From an uncultured virus (IMG/VR IMGVR_UViG_2061766007_000215) (taxonomy: Duplodnaviria > Heunggongvirae > Uroviricota > Caudoviricetes), in the IMG/VR virus record IMGVR_UViG_2061766007_000215: DNA of 62,072 bases; one strand, written 5' to 3'. This document shows positions 20,224 through 27,983 of this stretch, in pieces. Below the pieces are notes generated by a model, which saw only the letters and a program-made list of their open reading frames with translations, was not told the origin of the DNA and did no database searches. Both the position numbers and the translations under genes were made by a program. Position 1 is the stretch's first letter. Every line of letters starts with the position of its first letter.

Positions 20224-21582
20224 ATGGATATAAATCAACGTGAATATGCTGTCGCTAAACAAAATGGCAGAATTATACATACTAAAATTAATGTATTAAA
20301 CTTTGATTTCCAAATAGTAGGTGAAATTAGTGGTGTCGTATTAGATGGTTCAACCTATAATATTGATGCCACTAGTGACATCAGAAGAACTTGTAGTATA
20401 TCACTAATTCCAAAAGATAAAACTTTTAGTGTTGAATATGGTTCAAAAATTTGGATGGATAAATATGTACAAGTTTTTATTGGTATTGAAGATTCCTTAA
20501 ACAATAATGAAATTGTATATAGCAATTTAGGTTTATACATGATTAATAATCCCGAACAAGTTTATGATGCTACTAATGATACTATTACAATAAATGGTAT
20601 TGATTTAATGGCAAAAATAACAGGTATGAGAAATGGTTATTTAGAAGGTATTACTTATCAAGTGCCTATAGATAGTAATATTAAACAAGTAATAACTTCT
20701 TTAATAAATCAAGAATGTGGATTTACTAAATATAGTATAGACCAACCCGAACCTACAATTTTAACACCATATGAAATGTCTTTTGGATTAGGTTCAACTG
20801 CGTATAATATTTTATCGCAATTAAGAGATATTAATGCCAATTATCAAACATATTTTGACCAAGACGGTATATTTTGGTTTAATAAAATACCAAGTGGTTA
20901 TAATGAACAGATTATGGTTGATGATGACATTTGGAAAAAAGTTTTAATAAGTTATAAAAGAAGTTATGATTTTGAAAATGTTAAAAATTACATAGAAGTA
21001 TTTGGAAAAACACAAGATGATGGAAATACACCTTATGGGGTTGCATATGAAAAAAATCCCGATAGTCCTTTTTATGTTGGTGAAATAAATCCTATAACAG
21101 GTAAATTTGAAAACGAAATAAGAATAGTTTTAAGTGGTGGAGAATATGATAATATTTATCCTTTAGTAGAATATTATAGTTATAATCAAGTTACTAATCC
21201 TAGTGGAAATCCACAAGCACATGGGTGGTATGAACTTGTAAGAGGTTCTTATGTATTAACTACCGATACTACTGTACAAGGTGGTAAAATATATTATGAA
21301 CGTGTTCAAAATGATATAGATGAATTTAATTCATTAGCGCAACAAAGGGCAAATTATGAACTTTATACAAGGTGTCGTTTACAAGACCAAATAGAATTAA
21401 CTTGTGTACCTGTTTATTGGTTAGATGTAAATTGGTTAATTGAAATAACATTACCTAATAAACAAACACAAATTGAAGAAAAAGAATATTATATTATAAA
21501 AAAAATAAGCACGACATTAGGAACAAGCGGAACTCAAAATATTACATTAATGAAATATTATCCGTTTTATCCTTTTAATTAA
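20224..21582 (+). CDS. tail hub/baseplate protein (DUF5048-like)
   Basis: IDATSDIRRTCSI, GIDLMAK, YFDQDGIF, CVPVYWLDVN motifs. Confidence 0.6.
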   Translation: MDINQREYAVAKQNGRIIHTKINVLNFDFQIVGEISGVVLDGSTYNIDATSDIRRTCSISLIPKDKTFSVEYGSKIWMDKYVQVFIGIEDSLNNNEIVYSNLGLYMINNPEQVYDATNDTITINGIDLMAKITGMRNGYLEGITYQVPIDSNIKQVITSLINQECGFTKYSIDQPEPTILTPYEMSFGLGSTAYNILSQLRDINANYQTYFDQDGIFWFNKIPSGYNEQIMVDDDIWKKVLISYKRSYDFENVKNYIEVFGKTQDDGNTPYGVAYEKNPDSPFYVGEINPITGKFENEIRIVLSGGEYDNIYPLVEYYSYNQVTNPSGNPQAHGWYELVRGSYVLTTDTTVQGGKIYYERVQNDIDEFNSLAQQRANYELYTRCRLQDQIELTCVPVYWLDVNWLIEITLPNKQTQIEEKEYYIIKKISTTLGTSGTQNITLMKYYPFYPFN

Positions 21583-21602
21583 AATACGAAAGGAGGAAAA
21601 AG

Positions 21603-22133
21603 ATGGCAAGTTTCGCTCCTATAAAAGGAACACAAGCACAAATAAATGCAACGCCTATTGTAGATGGACAATTTTTATGTGAAACAGACCAAAATTTAGA
21701 TGGTAAGATTTATATAGATGACGGAAACATAAGAGTTCCTATTGGTGGTGGTTCAACTGCATTACGTACACTTGGCGATGTTAATTTATCTAATCTTACA
21801 AATAAAGACATATTACAATATAATGATTCTACTCAAAAATGGGATAATGTATTGTTAATTGATTGGCTTAGAGATTCGGGTGGCAATATACAAGAACAAA
21901 TTTGTCTTGAAAGTTCAACAGATACTACATATCAATTTACTAATTTAAACAGCAATTATGGTTATGAAGCATGGATAAATTGTGCAGATAATCAATTACC
22001 ACCACAAGTAAAAGGAATTGCATTTAATAGTTCAACCTTAACGGCTACTGTTACTGTAGGTAAAGTTACAAGCGCACAAACAGGCACAGGCGGTAATCAA
22101 TGTAAATTAAGATTACGTGCAATAATGAATTAA
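21603..22133 (+). CDS. short tail fibre/adaptor protein
   Basis: PIVDGQFLCETD, LGDVNLSNLTNKDILQY..W; C-terminal domain homologous to the end of the 1048-aa fibre. Confidence 0.6.
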   Translation: MASFAPIKGTQAQINATPIVDGQFLCETDQNLDGKIYIDDGNIRVPIGGGSTALRTLGDVNLSNLTNKDILQYNDSTQKWDNVLLIDWLRDSGGNIQEQICLESSTDTTYQFTNLNSNYGYEAWINCADNQLPPQVKGIAFNSSTLTATVTVGKVTSAQTGTGGNQCKLRLRAIMN

Positions 22134-22165
22134 TGTATAATTAAAAGAAATGGAGGATATATAAT

Positions 22166-22399
22166 ATGTATTATGTAGTAAGAGTAAAGTATCTTAAAGA
22201 TGGTACAGAGAAGAGAAGTGAACTTATGGCTTATGAAACAAAGCAACAGGCTCTTTCAAAATTCCATACAAATATGGGTACAGATATGGCTGATGAAACT
22301 CTTAATGGTTCTATGTGTGTTGTTTTAAATGCACAAGGCGGTACAGTTGAAGGTGATTATTGGAATACTCCCGAACCCGAATCTAATGAAGGTGAATAA
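22166..22399 (+). CDS. hypothetical protein
   Basis: 77 aa with GGAGG RBS. Confidence 0.6.
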   Translation: MYYVVRVKYLKDGTEKRSELMAYETKQQALSKFHTNMGTDMADETLNGSMCVVLNAQGGTVEGDYWNTPEPESNEGE

Positions 22400-22425
22400 T
22401 TATTAATTAATAATAATTATTAGTT

Positions 22426-22456
22426 AATTTAGGGGATATTTATTATCCCCTAAATT
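22426..22456 (+). terminator. hairpin, probable terminator
   Basis: AATTTAGGGGATA / TATCCCCTAAATT. Confidence 0.6.
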
Positions 22457-22491
22457 TTACATATTAAAATATCAAAGAAGGAGAAATTATT

Positions 22492-22785
22492 ATGTGGCAA
22501 AGAGGTATAGGTGGTAGCACACCGACAGTTGAAATAAAAGACGTATCTACGGCAGGCACTTATACATTCGAAATGCAAAATGGAATGTTTATGTGTCGTA
22601 GAGGTGCGGAAGGAAATACATATGCTTATAATAGTTATGTATCGGGTTATGTGCTTGACGGACAGTTTAAAAAAATCGCTAATGCAACGGGTTTTAACGC
22701 AACATATAGCAACGGAGTTGTAACGGTAACGGTTGCTTCGGGAGTTGCGGCAGGTTCGCAAATGTTTATATATAAAGACAATTAA
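22492..22785 (+). CDS. small beta-rich protein, possible receptor-binding tip
   Basis: AAGGAG RBS; MWQRGIGG start; visibly higher GC than its neighbours. Confidence 0.5.
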   Translation: MWQRGIGGSTPTVEIKDVSTAGTYTFEMQNGMFMCRRGAEGNTYAYNSYVSGYVLDGQFKKIANATGFNATYSNGVVTVTVASGVAAGSQMFIYKDN

Positions 22786-22861
22786 AATCACTTGCCTATA
22801 ACCTTTATTTTTTCAAATTTATATAAAAGAATTAAATAAATAAAGTAGAAAGGTTATAAAA

Positions 22862-23053
22862 ATGTTATATATATTAACTTTAATACTTTCATTTTTTACA
22901 TTATTAATAAATATAATAATGTGTTTTTCAGAACCCGACTCATATATTTTTAAAATGTTTAATGAAACAGATATATGGGTATGTATCGGAATATGTATAG
23001 TCTTTATTATAATAGGATTAATAAGAGATAAAAGAAATGAGCGAAATAATTAG
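22862..23053 (+). CDS. small two-TM membrane protein
   Basis: Two hydrophobic stretches. Confidence 0.5.
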   Translation: MLYILTLILSFFTLLINIIMCFSEPDSYIFKMFNETDIWVCIGICIVFIIIGLIRDKRNERNN

Positions 23054-23121
23054 AATGGGTGACATTACGGGTTTTGATGATGCTGAAATTATCGAAATTG
23101 AAGATGATGTTTACTTAGTAA

Positions 23122-23391
23122 TTGATGATGATTATGATAATACAGAAGATTAAATCTAAGTTTAAAAACGCTAAAGCATTAGATATATATGTTACGTTTT
23201 CTATATTATCACTTATAATATACACTATAATTTCACAATTATTATCAATATATTATGGAGTGATATTAGATACACTAACTACTTGTTTCTTTGGATTTTT
23301 TGGTGGTGAAATTGTAACGTGTGGTCTAATTAAGATATTTAAACTTAAAGATAAAGAAAAAAACTCCGAAGAAATTGACGGAGTGGGTTGA
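23122..23391 (+). CDS. two-TM membrane protein (holin-like)
   Basis: DTLTTCFFGFFGGEIVTCGLIK; start uncertain. Confidence 0.55.
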   Translation: MMMIMIIQKIKSKFKNAKALDIYVTFSILSLIIYTIISQLLSIYYGVILDTLTTCFFGFFGGEIVTCGLIKIFKLKDKEKNSEEIDGVG

Positions 23392-23416
23392 CAATTTAAT
23401 ATTTATATGATATAAT
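23388..23416 (+). promoter_or_regulatory. consensus sigmaA promoter upstream of the ncRNA cluster
   Basis: TTGACA-17 nt-TATAAT, extended -10 TG. Confidence 0.8.
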
Positions 23417-23429
23417 ATATATGTGATAG

Positions 23430-24326
23430 AAAAAACTTATTAGTTTTTGTAAGGGTTGGGCTACCATACCCGACCCTAGTTTTAAAAGGTATAAATATAT
23501 GAAAGTAATTATAGGATTTTTATTTATAGGTTGGATATTTAATATCTGTGAAGAAATAATTGCATGAATATTTGAATGTATAGAAAATAAAGATTGGTTT
23601 TGCCTTGCATTACCATTTATTATAATTGCTCTTAGTATATTTATAACTTGGTTATTATATCGTTTTGGTATATATACAGATAAATTAATTGAACCTATCA
23701 CACATTAAGGTTGTAGTTAGTTGCCCTATATGGTCAGTTAATGATTTTGGGTGTGATATATACTGCGCCTTTAAGGGCATTAATAAATGAANNNNNNNNN
23801 NNNNNNNNNNNNNNNNNNNNNNNNNNNNNNNNNNNNNNNNNNNNNNNNNNNNNNNNNNNNNNNNNNNNNNNNNNNNNNNNNNNNNNNNNNNNNNNNNNNN
23901 NGAGTCGTAGACAAGGAGAAGGACAGGGTACGACAATTATATTAAAAGGTATAATAATATGAGCAGACTTGAAGAATTAGCAAATAGTTTATTTGGTGAA
24001 ATGAGAGATATGACACNNNNNNNNNNATCAATTTTGTACTTATTAATGGGGAACTTACACAGAATTAATAATATGGGGTGTAAGTAAGTCTGTAGTTGAG
24101 AATGGGTAAAACAGACAAGAGAGGTCTTGCTTTAATAGACGACTCACAAATACGCTTTGCGGTGTGCGGTAAAGAAACACCGTTTCTTTAAGAAATTTCT
24201 TAATGCAATGGTAATAGTTAAGAATTTGGGAATATTTCTTTTGCGTACTTTGTTGAATAACCCATAAAAAATTTCGACAAATGACGAGGTATCTACCTTG
24301 TTTGCGGTGCAAGGTTAAAAAACCGC
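23430..24326 (+). ncRNA. putative structured ncRNA cluster, copy Y (gapped)
   Basis: Five sequence/structure modules shared with 27983-28663. Confidence 0.6.
23499..23708 (+). pseudogene. small membrane-protein ORF with internal TGA
   Basis: MKVIIGFLFIGWIFNICEEIIA*IFECIENKDWFCLALPFIIIAL...; TGA at 23565. Confidence 0.4.
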
Positions 24327-24501
24327 TTAATATTTATGAGTAGANNNNNNNNNNTGAAAAGAACAATTAAAAAAGAAATATTCCAAGACAACTTTATAAA
24401 ACGTTGGACTTGTGGTGCTAAAAATCATCCCCAAGGTTGGTCTTGGTGGAAAAGGCACAATAGAAAGTTATTAAGACATAAATTAAAAGGAGATATTAAA
24501 G

Positions 24502-24719
24502 ATGAATGAAATATTAGCATTTCTTTCAGAGAATTGGTATGTAATAGCAGTAGTTTTAGTATTACTTTTTGGTATTTACTATACTATTACAAATAAACAG
24601 AAAGTTAAGATTTGGCTCGAATGGGCGGTTACTACTGTAGAAAAGGAACTTGGAACAAAAACAGGACAACTTAAATTAAGAAAGGTCTATGATATGTTTA
24701 TAGAAAGATTTCCTATCTT
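24502..24719 (+). CDS. holin, allele 1 (truncated by gap)
   Basis: N-terminal TM plus WL.WAV..E.ELG.KTGQLKLR.VYDMF (LL-H-like holin pattern). Confidence 0.7.
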
Positions 24720-24730
24720 NNNNNNNNNNA

Positions 24731-25136
24731 AAGAAAGTAAAAGGAGTTCCCAATGTTAAGGTTAAGACGAATGAAGATGATTTCTTTTTTACATTTGATG
24801 AGTTTATAAAAGTTAGAGATAAACTTGTTGAACAAGGAGATTTACAAAATGCCGTAATGTGGTCTCTTGCTTTTGATTCAGCAGGAAGACGTAATGAAAT
24901 ATTTCAAGTTAAAAAGCAAGGACTACTTGATGGTAATAAAACCAATGTTGTTATTGGTAAACGTGGGAAACAATTTCCACTTGTGTATCTCAATGACACA
25001 AAAGAATTAATTCGACAGTATTTAGAACAGCGTGGCGATGATGATATAGACTCGTTGTGGATATGTGGATCTGGTGAAAATAAACGTCCGGCTGCCCCAG
25101 AGGTTCTTTATAATCGTATGACTGGCAAAATAAACG
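24731..25136 (+). CDS. tyrosine recombinase, internal fragment
   Basis: FDSAGRRNEIFQV (box I Arg), VIGKRGK, YLEQRGDDDIDSLW. Confidence 0.75.
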
Positions 25137-25151
25137 NNNNNNNNNNATTTA

Positions 25152-25253
25152 ATGGGTATTCCACCTGCTTGTAGAAATTGTGGTAATCATCCTGTTAATG
25201 GCGGTAGTGGTATTTGTCATTGTACATTAGGTATGCCTAAAATAACTTATTAA
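25152..25253 (+). CDS. small Cys/His-rich ORF end (possible Zn-binding)
   Basis: MGIPPACRNCGNHPVNGGSGICHCTLG; second allele at 29147-29245. Confidence 0.55.
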   Translation: MGIPPACRNCGNHPVNGGSGICHCTLGMPKITY

Positions 25254-25263
25254 GGAGATAATT

Positions 25264-25440
25264 ATGAAACCACCTACACCCGAAGAAATTTATGAAGAGA
25301 TGTTAGCAATTAAAGAATTTGATGATAACCCCGAAATGGTACATATTAATTTTGATGAATATATATGTGAAGTTTTAAAATCTTATGGCTTTCATAAGGG
25401 TGTGGAAGTATTTGAAAATACTGAAATATGGTATTCTTAA
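25264..25440 (+). CDS. hypothetical 58-aa protein (allele-specific)
   Basis: AAGGAG RBS; absent between the same flanking genes at about 29250. Confidence 0.55.
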   Translation: MKPPTPEEIYEEMLAIKEFDDNPEMVHINFDEYICEVLKSYGFHKGVEVFENTEIWYS

Positions 25441-25459
25441 TATAAAGGAGATTTAAATT

Positions 25460-25786
25460 ATGAATGAAATAATAGCGTTTCTTTCAGAAAATTGGTATGT
25501 AATAGTAATGGTGTTGGTCTTGCTTTTTGCTATTTATTACACGATAACGAACAAGACTAAAGTTAAAGAATGGCTCTGTTACGCAGTAACCATAGCAGAA
25601 CGTGATTTAAAATCGGGTACAGGACAACTTAAACTTAGACAAGTTTATGATATGTTTATTGAAAGATTTCCTATATTCTCTAAACTTGTACCTTTTTCAA
25701 CGTTCTCTATGTGGGTGGACGAGGCTCTTGTGTTCCTTCGTGAACAATTAGAAAAAAATGAAGCAATTAAGAATTTTGTGGGATAA
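25460..25786 (+). CDS. holin, allele 2
   Basis: N-terminal TM, GTGQLKLRQVYDMF; directly upstream of the endolysin. Confidence 0.75.
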   Translation: MNEIIAFLSENWYVIVMVLVLLFAIYYTITNKTKVKEWLCYAVTIAERDLKSGTGQLKLRQVYDMFIERFPIFSKLVPFSTFSMWVDEALVFLREQLEKNEAIKNFVG

Positions 25787-25897
25787 AATTAAAGATATTA
25801 AAGCCACCTTAGAAATAGGGTGGCTTTATTTTATAGGTAAACCAAATGGAATAGATAGAATATATATTTTATCTATCTATAAAGGAGGTAAACTAAA

Positions 25898-27481
25898 ATG
25901 AGCAAAATCGGTCATGCAAGCCTTGGTAGTAATGGCAAGACTACAGGTGATAAATCGGGTGACCAAGGAAGGGAAGTTGTTACAACTTCTTGGATGAAGA
26001 AAAATTGGAGTTATGTTTTAAGAGCAAAGGATTCCAATATAGCAGAATTAATGTCTAAGGCTTGTGAAGCGGGTTGTGCTAATCAATGCGTGGGATATAA
26101 TCAAACCCGTAGAAACAGTTTAAAAGCACAAGCAAAATTAGTTGGAATGGATTTGTCACGTATTAAAACAGATTGTGATTGTGATTGTAGTTCATTTATG
26201 ACAGTATGTGCTGAGTGTGCAGGTATTCCTATTCCTTATAATGGAAGTAATGCCCCCACCACAAGTTCGATGAAGGTGGCGTTTATGAATACAGGATATT
26301 TTGATTTACTTACAGATAAAAAATTTCTCGATTCTGATAAGTACCTCAAAAGGGGCGATATATTAGTAGCCGTTGGTCAACACGCAATTATGTGTCTTGA
26401 GAACGGGGTTATGGCAGATATTTCACAATTAGCAAATCAACAACAAGTACCTATTAAAGCCGTTGATTTATCACAATTTAATGTGGTAACTGATTATAAA
26501 CAAATGGCTAATGAGATAAAATATATTTTCTTGCGTATAGGTAGGCGTGGTTCAACCGATGGTAATATTGTAGAAGATACAGGATTTAAGAAACATATAG
26601 ATAATTGTATTGCTAATGGAATACAAAATTTGGGTTTGTACTTTTATGACCAAAGCATTTCAGAACAAGAAGCAATAGAACAGGCTAATTGGATTGTAGA
26701 TAAATTAAAATATTATAATATTACTAAAAATATTACACTACCAATTTACATTGATTCAGAATCAAGTCCTAATCATAATGGTCGTGCAGATAATATATCT
26801 AAAGAACAACGTACTAAGAATATTATAGCATTTTGTGATAGAATTAAATTGTTAGGATTTAAAGAAGGGGTTTATTCGGCTGATAGTTGGTATAAGTCAA
26901 TGTTAGATTTTGACCAAATAAAAAATTATAATATTTGGTGTGCAAGATATTCAACTGAGAAACCAACCATACCTAAGTACGATATTTGGCAATATGGCTC
27001 AGAACAGTTTATTTGGGCGCAAAAACCGATTGATGTGAATTGGATATACAATTTATCTACTAATATCCAAAAACCCGAAAATGGGGCTAATAAGAGCCAA
27101 ATTAAGACTATTAATAATAAAGTAAAAGTAACTGATTATCTTAATATAAGAAATCAACCGTTATCTAATGCACCTATAGTTGGTAAATTATATCTTAATG
27201 ACCAAGTGCCTATATTTGGTTATGTCCATGATTGGTATATGATAAGCACAACTATGGATAAATGGGTTAGTGCTAAATATGTATTTACTAATACAGGTAA
27301 AACTACCGCAAATCTAAATTATAGAGCAGGTGTTGGAACAAATAATAAATCACTAGGTATTTATGAGAAAGGTACAGTTGTTAAACTACTTAATAAAGCA
27401 GAATTTAATGGCGATACTTGGTATTTATGTTTAGATAATAAAGATAGATTTGGTTGGTGTAGTGGGAAGTATATAGAATGA
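25898..27481 (+). CDS. endolysin: NlpC/CHAP-like + GH25 muramidase + 2 SH3b
   Basis: DCSSF...GDILV...H; AVDLSQFN...YIDSE...IWCARY...IWQY...DVN; LNIR and LNYR SH3b repeats. Confidence 0.88.
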   Translation: MSKIGHASLGSNGKTTGDKSGDQGREVVTTSWMKKNWSYVLRAKDSNIAELMSKACEAGCANQCVGYNQTRRNSLKAQAKLVGMDLSRIKTDCDCDCSSFMTVCAECAGIPIPYNGSNAPTTSSMKVAFMNTGYFDLLTDKKFLDSDKYLKRGDILVAVGQHAIMCLENGVMADISQLANQQQVPIKAVDLSQFNVVTDYKQMANEIKYIFLRIGRRGSTDGNIVEDTGFKKHIDNCIANGIQNLGLYFYDQSISEQEAIEQANWIVDKLKYYNITKNITLPIYIDSESSPNHNGRADNISKEQRTKNIIAFCDRIKLLGFKEGVYSADSWYKSMLDFDQIKNYNIWCARYSTEKPTIPKYDIWQYGSEQFIWAQKPIDVNWIYNLSTNIQKPENGANKSQIKTINNKVKVTDYLNIRNQPLSNAPIVGKLYLNDQVPIFGYVHDWYMISTTMDKWVSAKYVFTNTGKTTANLNYRAGVGTNNKSLGIYEKGTVVKLLNKAEFNGDTWYLCLDNKDRFGWCSGKYIE

Positions 27482-27732
27482 TAGTATATCGTTATGAAAA
27501 ATCAGATAAAGGTGGAGTATTTTTTACATTAAATGGAATTAATAGAAATAGTAATGTATGTTCTAATGATAATTGGATAAGTTGTTGTGAAAGTGAAGAA
27601 TTATTAAAACAATGGTTTTCAGAAAGAAACATAGATACATCTGATTGTCATATAGTTATTTATAATATTCCAAAAGAAGTAATAAAGAAAACAAGAACAC
27701 ATTTGATTTTTCCAAAAGAATATTTATATTAA
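27478..27732 (+). CDS. hypothetical protein (allele-specific)
   Basis: 84 aa overlapping the endolysin stop; missing after the second endolysin allele. Confidence 0.55.
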   Translation: MIVYRYEKSDKGGVFFTLNGINRNSNVCSNDNWISCCESEELLKQWFSERNIDTSDCHIVIYNIPKEVIKKTRTHLIFPKEYLY

Positions 27733-27741
27733 TAAAAAATT

Positions 27742-27780
27742 AAAGGGAAAAGATATATATTTTATCTTTTCCCTTTTTTT
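27742..27780. terminator. bidirectional intrinsic terminator
   Basis: AAAGGGAAAAGATA / TATCTTTTCCCTTTTTTT; near-identical copy at 32571-32608. Confidence 0.75.
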
Positions 27781-27797
27781 AGTTTNNNNNNNNNNGT

Positions 27798-27983
27798 AGA
27801 CATTCAAGGATTGAAAGTCTACAGCAAGGGACAGACGATAGGCTTAAAGATGAAAATGGTAAAAATCGTAAATATCCGATTGAGCAGATTCAAGTAATGG
27901 CCCATCATTCAGATTTATCCACTACTGCCGGATATCTTAAAAATCATGACGAGGATACGATTAATGAAATGTTTGGATTTTAA
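27798..27983 (+). CDS. tyrosine recombinase, C-terminal fragment
   Basis: RHSRIE...IQVMAHHSDLSTTAGYLK (box II His and catalytic Tyr); missing from the ORF track. Confidence 0.75.
   Translation, partial: RHSRIESLQQGTDDRLKDENGKNRKYPIEQIQVMAHHSDLSTTAGYLKNHDEDTINEMFGF

Noticed and set aside
6173..22785. Diversity-generating retroelement or invertible tail cassette
   Set aside because: No reverse transcriptase, no adenine-specific TR/VR pair and no inverted crossover sites; the shared 21-mer is a direct repeat inside homologous domains.
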